Origin: a virus
Lineage: Duplodnaviria; Caudoviricetes
DNA: 64,000 nt
Strand: one strand, 5' to 3'
IMG/VR virus record: IMGVR_UViG_3300022217_000003
Span: 32,001 to 96,000 of that record
A program made the position numbers and the translations under genes. Position 1 is the stretch's first letter, and each line of letters opens with the position of its first letter. Below, piece after piece: positions 58,560 to 64,000 of this stretch. Under the pieces are notes generated by a model. That model ran no database searches. It saw only the letters and a program-made list of their open reading frames with translations, and was not told where the DNA came from.

Positions 58560-59342
58560 TTAGCGAATTAAGGTTTGATGGGGACTCATCGTACGAATTC
58601 TCATCGAAAGTTGCTCACTAAGAATTATTGAGGGTGCAGTATTCTCCATCCAATGCTGTTTTTTTATGTCTTCTTTCTTTGACTGGTATGATTGCATAAG
58701 CATTTGCGCTATGCTATTATATTTTCCGCTACGGTCTATATTTAAACTTATTCCCGCATTGGAATATGAAAAGGTCTTGCCTACTTCGATAATACCAATA
58801 TTAATTAATGCAAATATTAGTGCGCCCTCAAGAAATATTCCCCTGAACTGAGGGACGCTTGCTTCAAAATTCTCAGGCGTATAAGCTGTAAATCCCGGTG
58901 GTGTCGAATTGAAGTCCCAAAATGCATTCTCAATGAACGTTCCGAGTTCGGAATCTGTCCACTTCTTCTTTGTTGAACTTGGGTGGACATCTCCAAGCCT
59001 CCTCCTTAATTCTACCAACATTGTTGATACAGAAGCAGATGATACATAAAAGTCCTGGAGAACATTCGTTTCTGTTTCCCCACTTTTCCACGTGAAATAA
59101 ACTTTATCATACCATGTAGTAATTGTAGATAAAATATTCGCAGGGATTGTTATATAATATACACCCGTTGATTCCTTTGTTGGTGTATATGATGTTACAG
59201 GGGAACTCTCATCTGGATTTGCATTATATATTTCAACCGTCCTAACCTCATAGGGATCATATACTATTCCTTCAATCCTGAAAGTGGTTTTTAATGTCAC
59301 AGGCTGATTATAAACAGCATTTCCTCTGTTGTAGGTAGCCAT
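58560..59342 (-). CDS. Head-tail adaptor / neck protein
   Basis: LRRRLGD...WTD.EL...A..DFN.TPP...FSYS..GISL..DRS..Y. Confidence 0.65.
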   Translation of the reverse strand: MATYNRGNAVYNQPVTLKTTFRIEGIVYDPYEVRTVEIYNANPDESSPVTSYTPTKESTGVYYITIPANILSTITTWYDKVYFTWKSGETETNVLQDFYVSSASVSTMLVELRRRLGDVHPSSTKKKWTDSELGTFIENAFWDFNSTPPGFTAYTPENFEASVPQFRGIFLEGALIFALINIGIIEVGKTFSYSNAGISLNIDRSGKYNSIAQMLMQSYQSKKEDIKKQHWMENTAPSIILSEQLSMRIRTMSPHQTLIR

Positions 59343-59426
59343 ATTATAAATACTCCATTTTACTAATTATATCTTGTGGTTTAAAATTATTATATTTTAA
59401 TTTTTTGATATTAAATTCCAAATATT

Positions 59427-60899
59427 TTATCCCTCTGAAACATTTCTTATCTCACCAGATTTTGCAAATATCAAATTTTGCTTTTCTTCCGTTGCAGGAT
59501 TCGTGGGAACACGGCTATCGAGTGCCGCAGTATCCGCCAAAATAGCATCAATCTCATCATCCTTATCGGTTTTAACGGAGCTTCCCATAATATTATTTGT
59601 CGGGAGTTTCCCTTGTATTTCATTTGTATCTACCAAGACTGCATCAACAACAGTATCTATAGTATCAATTTTTGTTTCATTTGCGTTGATTTCTGTTATA
59701 ATATCATAAAAATTAACTGTTGTCCCTCCGGTATTATTAGTCACTACTGCATTTCCATATATATTTATCGTTCCGGCTGTACAAGAATTAGCAATGGTAA
59801 TCGCACATCCTTTTGCAGAATGGATATTCACCGCCCCCCCGGTCATCGTTGCTAATGTAAAATGCCCTCCAACCCCTGAAAATTCACACCTTGAAGGAGA
59901 ATTAACTGTTATAATTGTATCAGCTAAAATGCTAAATTCTACATCATCAAAAGTAATATATCCATTATTTTTAAGGCTTAATGTATTTCCAACTTGGCAC
60001 GTCCTTGCAATGCCATTAAATGAACTTAGTGAATATAAAAGACAATTAGTAGCCATTATACAGTCCGTAAGGGATGACCCTCCAGCTTGAGCACCAGTTA
60101 AGATCAAGTCTCTAAAAGAACTGTGGTCAACATCCTGATTATTAATATTAAAAAGAAAAGTAGTATTAATATGTCCATTGCCCGTAAAGGCATAATATTG
60201 CATTGCTGCCGGAGTAACCCAATCCCCCTCAACATGGATGATCCGTATATTATTATTATCTGCTATTGTCTTAGCATTTGCTTCATCATTTACTGGATGT
60301 AATATTGTACCTAATGGATAAGCTGTCCCCGCTGCCCCCAAAACATTATCAAAATGAACACCTAATGGAAAACACGCCTCTTGAGAACGGAGTGTGGCTT
60401 CATCTAAAATCAAGTCTAATCTACCTCCATCTGCCCAATCCGCATCAAGTGCCGCAGTATCTTCCAAAATATCATCTACGATCCCATCTACGGTATCTAA
60501 TTTGCCGTCGTGAGTCGCCAATGCCGCTGATGTAGCTAAAGCACTTACATCCGCTTTATAAGAAGCCGCATTGTATGCAAAATAAGTATCTTCTTCAGAT
60601 GTCGCATTTCCATCTACTGTCCATTCCCATAATACCCTATAAAAGTTTCCTGCGGTAAATAAAGATTTGTCAACTAACACTCCATAATTACCGACTTTGG
60701 CATTGATTATTGCACAGGTAAAAGGACTTCCAGCTATTTCACTATTATCAAAAGTATTATCTGCCCCACCTTCTTCATATATAGAAACCGTGGGTGTAGC
60801 TGTAGGATTTGTTTTCACCCCCGCAGCAGTATTTGAAACTTTCTCAAAAGGAATATATGCCGGTAATAAATCTAATGGTAATGCTATTAATACACCCAT
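59427..60899 (-). CDS. Virion structural protein (fibre/decoration-like)
   Basis: Repeated K(L/I)DT(V/I)D..VD.IL.DT segments flanking a G/T/N-rich beta region. Confidence 0.55.
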   Translation of the reverse strand: MGVLIALPLDLLPAYIPFEKVSNTAAGVKTNPTATPTVSIYEEGGADNTFDNSEIAGSPFTCAIINAKVGNYGVLVDKSLFTAGNFYRVLWEWTVDGNATSEEDTYFAYNAASYKADVSALATSAALATHDGKLDTVDGIVDDILEDTAALDADWADGGRLDLILDEATLRSQEACFPLGVHFDNVLGAAGTAYPLGTILHPVNDEANAKTIADNNNIRIIHVEGDWVTPAAMQYYAFTGNGHINTTFLFNINNQDVDHSSFRDLILTGAQAGGSSLTDCIMATNCLLYSLSSFNGIARTCQVGNTLSLKNNGYITFDDVEFSILADTIITVNSPSRCEFSGVGGHFTLATMTGGAVNIHSAKGCAITIANSCTAGTINIYGNAVVTNNTGGTTVNFYDIITEINANETKIDTIDTVVDAVLVDTNEIQGKLPTNNIMGSSVKTDKDDEIDAILADTAALDSRVPTNPATEEKQNLIFAKSGEIRNVSEG

Positions 60900-61657
60900 T
60901 ACATTAATCCTCCACTAAGCAAAGGCGAATGAATACTTCCATCTAATAATCCAAATCCCCCGGCTATTACTGGCGGGCCTTCATTATCGTTATCAACTAT
61001 ATCCGATAAGAAAGGAATAGCATTCTCATTGTATACTAGTATATCGTCAATAACTACATTGACACAAGATTGTTGATACACACCACCACCCGCAGCAATA
61101 GCAGCCAGAAATGCGTAGTTTGGATTAAGAACAGTAAAATTAAAAACTTTATTTCCCGAAAACAATTCAACCTTATTCCTATATACTGCCCATGTCTTAG
61201 CCCCATCAAATGTAGCATTAGCATCTACTATGACAACAAAATGATCAATGTCATTAGCGGCAAAAGTTAAGACAGCAGAACTGTACCCATCATCCCCTGC
61301 CGTATCCTTCAACACAACTCTAATCTCCCCCGTATTAAGCATTCCTAATAATAATCCATGATATACACCAGACCTTCGATCCCCCAAAAACCATTCAAAT
61401 GTGTTCCACGACGTGCTTGCTTTTTTCCATTTTGTCCAAAAATCAAGTACATACCGATTCGGATTTGGTGCTACATTGGACCTTCCGTATCCAAGTCCAG
61501 ATATAACATTACCAGGTCTTGCTCCATTATTAAATTTTGCTGATTCATGATTGATAGTACCCGTAATAGTTCCAGAAAAAGCCCCGATATCTGGGGTTAC
61601 TAAGTTAGCGTTATTTTCTGCCTTAGTATATAAAACTACTTCATCTGCTGCTGCCAT
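60899..61657 (-). CDS. LamG/concanavalin-like lectin-fold virion protein
   Basis: AKF..G, DFW.K, HFV.V, IDD..VYN. Confidence 0.6.
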   Translation of the reverse strand: MAAADEVVLYTKAENNANLVTPDIGAFSGTITGTINHESAKFNNGARPGNVISGLGYGRSNVAPNPNRYVLDFWTKWKKASTSWNTFEWFLGDRRSGVYHGLLLGMLNTGEIRVVLKDTAGDDGYSSAVLTFAANDIDHFVVIVDANATFDGAKTWAVYRNKVELFSGNKVFNFTVLNPNYAFLAAIAAGGGVYQQSCVNVVIDDILVYNENAIPFLSDIVDNDNEGPPVIAGGFGLLDGSIHSPLLSGGLM

Positions 61658-62009
61658 TTATTATTCCTTATACTTTGGTCGATTAGCCTCTATAAAATCT
61701 ATTATAGTTTGGAATTTCTCTAAATCAGTTACGATAATATCAATATCAAGGTTTTCTGAAGTAAGTCCATTTTTAATCAGATTCTTTTCTGTTGGATCTC
61801 CTGATTTGATTATTCCCTGATATTTACTAACCATTATATTGACACTCTGTACAACAGATCTCAAGGCAGAGTCTGCTTGAAGCAATTCCTGTACAAATAC
61901 CTTAGCCTTTTCCTTTTCTTTTATTGTTGCCATATTTTACCTCTTTTTTTATTAAAAAGTATAGTTCTCTTTCTACTAATAGTGGTTTTATGAACTTTTT
62001 AAGATACAT

Positions 62010-62852
62010 TTAATCGTTTATTTTGACTATATGATACATGGGGTGAGACTTCATTACTTCTGGATGGTCTTTATCAAACTTTTTAACTGTAACAGGATCA
62101 CAATTAACCCCTTTTAGCCACTGGGGGTCAAACCAACCAGCCTCTTTTATTCTTTCTTCATACTTCTCTTTTGGGACTTCGGGTTCGTCCTGCCCTAAAA
62201 AAAACTCTATTTTTCTTTTCATCCTTTCAGATGTCCTGGCATGACCATAATGATAACATACCAACTCATCTTTATTAAATAATTTGAAAAACCCCTTCCA
62301 ATATTCCATAAAATATACATCATTAACAAATAGCGTGTGATCGCCTAATTTAGGTTCATAATCCTGATAATGCATATGTCCTTCAATATTTCTAAAGACC
62401 TTGGGCATTAAATATGAATTTTCAAAGGCATCATTAATAGATACATGCCAGAAGTCATGCCAAAAATGATGACTTCTGACCTGAAGACAGGATAATTTGG
62501 GGTTTTGTATATAAGTATCTCTAATATTTATTAAATGTTCTAATTTATATACTTCATCAGCGTCAATATAGTGTATCCAATCTGTCTGGCTCTCTTCCAA
62601 GTAAATATTTCGTTGATTATTCAAATGTTCAAACTTATTATGTATAAGTAGCACATCGTCTTCTCTGCCATACTGATGTATTTTATCTCTTATTATATCG
62701 AGTGTTGAATCTGTGCTTCCTCCATCAACCACAATTAAAGAATCGTAAATTTGCAATGGACCATCTATAGAATATTCTATCCATTTTTCTTCATCCTGTA
62801 CGATCATACAACCAGTTATAGTTTGTTTATTCACTTTTACCCTCCCCATCAA
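62010..62852 (-). CDS. Glycosyltransferase family 2
   Basis: CMIVQDEE..I, VVDGGSTDST, QRN, DWI.YIDADE, HYG. Confidence 0.92.
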   Translation of the reverse strand: MMGRVKVNKQTITGCMIVQDEEKWIEYSIDGPLQIYDSLIVVDGGSTDSTLDIIRDKIHQYGREDDVLLIHNKFEHLNNQRNIYLEESQTDWIHYIDADEVYKLEHLINIRDTYIQNPKLSCLQVRSHHFWHDFWHVSINDAFENSYLMPKVFRNIEGHMHYQDYEPKLGDHTLFVNDVYFMEYWKGFFKLFNKDELVCYHYGHARTSERMKRKIEFFLGQDEPEVPKEKYEERIKEAGWFDPQWLKGVNCDPVTVKKFDKDHPEVMKSHPMYHIVKIND

Positions 62853-63014
62853 CTATGTCAAAATAATCTTCCCCGTCATCAATCATCCACTGTCTCGCTT
62901 GTTCTATAGTATAAATACTACCTTGAGTATAATAATCTATTATTCCCCATAAAACTTCTTTATCTGTCATTGAGGCAACCATATTTTCTAAATCTTCATA
63001 TGTTATTTTTTCTT

Positions 63015-63305
63015 TCATAAAACCTTTATCACCTTCCCATAAACTTGTTTTGTCCATCCGTTTACGTAATTGTGATTATTAGATATTTGACATCCTTTTT
63101 CATTATTCTTTGCCGTTACCAAGTGAGTTGTTATCATTCCTCTCACCTTACAGAATACAGCATCCCCAACCTTGGCTTTTTCCCATGTGCAAGGAGTTAA
63201 TAGTACTTTTTGCCCAGATTTTATTCTTGGAGTCATAGAATTTCCTTTACCCCTGTGTATTACATCTTCACCCCTTTGTAATTTTTCTATAACCATTCTT
63301 TTCAT
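63015..63305 (-). CDS. S24/S26 peptidase-like small protein
   Basis: GNSMTP.IKSG...KVGD.V...HLV...V.GKVI. Confidence 0.65.
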   Translation of the reverse strand: MKRMVIEKLQRGEDVIHRGKGNSMTPRIKSGQKVLLTPCTWEKAKVGDAVFCKVRGMITTHLVTAKNNEKGCQISNNHNYVNGWTKQVYGKVIKVL

Positions 63306-63428
63306 TTAATAAAACCACTCACAAATAGAGTTATTATTAACAAGATACACATAAACACCATAATATACCACAACCAATTAGGCACTCCATCGTAATAAAA
63401 TTGTGGTTTTAATATTGGTTTTACCATT

Positions 63429-64000
63429 CTATTCTCCCTTAACCATTAATTTAACTAACTCTTCAAACTTAACAGTTGGCTCCCATCCCAATATATTTTT
63501 TGCTTTAGACGCATCGCCTATTAATAAGTCAACTTCCGCTGGCCTAAAATGTTTTTCGTTAATCTCTACTAAAACTCTATTGGTTTTTTTATCAATTCCC
63601 TTTTCTAATATCCCCTTACCTTCCCATGTTATGTTTATATTAATCTCTCTAAATGCTAATTCTACAAATTTCCTAACAGAATGAGTCTCACCTGTTGCGA
63701 CAACATAATCATCTGGATTATCTTGCTGTAACATCAAATACATTGCATTGCAATATTCTGGAGCATATCCCCAATCTCTTTGAGCTTCAAGGTTCCCTAA
63801 TTGCAATGGCTCGCTACCATCGGAACGATTTATATAATCCGTTATTTTTTTTGTTACAAATGTTCCGCCCCTTCTAGGTGAATTACCAATAATAGATGTG
63901 CCAATACCTGCATTCAAACAACCCGATTCCGTTTCTATGTCATAAACATAATTACTAGGCTGTATTTTCATTATTTTTTTTATAATTTTAGGATCCCTTT
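63429..64000 (-). CDS. gmd: GDP-mannose 4,6-dehydratase, C-terminal part, intein-containing (5' end outside the window)
   Basis: SPRRG.TFVT.KI, LGNLEA.RDWGYA.EY..AM..MLQQD.PDDYVVATGETHSVR.F, FRPAEVD.LIGD.SKA...LGW. Confidence 0.95.
   Translation of the reverse strand, partial: RDPKIIKKIMKIQPSNYVYDIETESGCLNAGIGTSIIGNSPRRGGTFVTKKITDYINRSDGSEPLQLGNLEAQRDWGYAPEYCNAMYLMLQQDNPDDYVVATGETHSVRKFVELAFREININITWEGKGILEKGIDKKTNRVLVEINEKHFRPAEVDLLIGDASKAKNILGWEPTVKFEELVKLMVKGE
63882..64000 (-). mobile_element. Intein C-terminal splicing region in gmd
   Basis: YVYDIETE (block F) ... IIGN|S (block G) directly before SPRRG, i.e. inside the conserved GMD NHE-SPRRG motif. Confidence 0.85.

Noticed and set aside
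42823-59342. Tailocin or extracellular contractile injection system
   Set aside because: Neck/adaptor genes and extensive phage replication genes point to a true phage; head genes are presumably outside the window.
51-63877. Numerous plus-strand ORFs in the track
   Set aside because: They are antisense shadows of well-supported minus-strand genes, are F/L/S/I-rich, and have no recognisable motifs.

Overview
This is a 64-kb segment of a large, AT-rich tailed phage with a contractile tail. Essentially all real genes are on the minus strand, so transcription reads right to left. From the right end: (i) an intein-containing GDP-mannose 4,6-dehydratase and a GT2 glycosyltransferase; (ii) a neck, sheath, tube, chaperone (-1 frameshift), tape measure, baseplate and fibre module (about 42.8-61.7 kb); (iii) host-interaction genes (sulfatase-fold hydrolase, metallopeptidase lipoprotein, GH5, FlhG/MinD-like ATPase, lytic transglycosylase, pentapeptide-repeat protein); (iv) replication and recombination genes (RecA/UvsX, initiator, DnaC-like loader, candidate origin, two Cas4-like nucleases, SbcC-like ATPase, RecU); (v) an RNA-centred region with RtcB, a CCA-adding/HD enzyme, Thg1, and a C5 DNA methyltransferase split by an HNH endonuclease. 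Ten sigma70-type promoters with 17-nt spacers punctuate the non-structural part. The most unusual signals are three. First, a coiled-coil protein gene is followed at once by a ~354-nt closed structured RNA holding an embedded non-canonical tRNA and about 13 NTTAAAG-type repeats (25447-26441). Second, a promoter-driven ~660-nt GOLLD-like RNA is built from tandem tRNA-shaped modules without normal anticodon arms (6941-7604). Third, an operon pairs a variant radical SAM enzyme with proteins sharing only an N-terminal MKIRxGFVSNSSxSSF motif (1-2020). All family calls come from motif recognition by eye and RNA folds were paired by hand; no searches were run.
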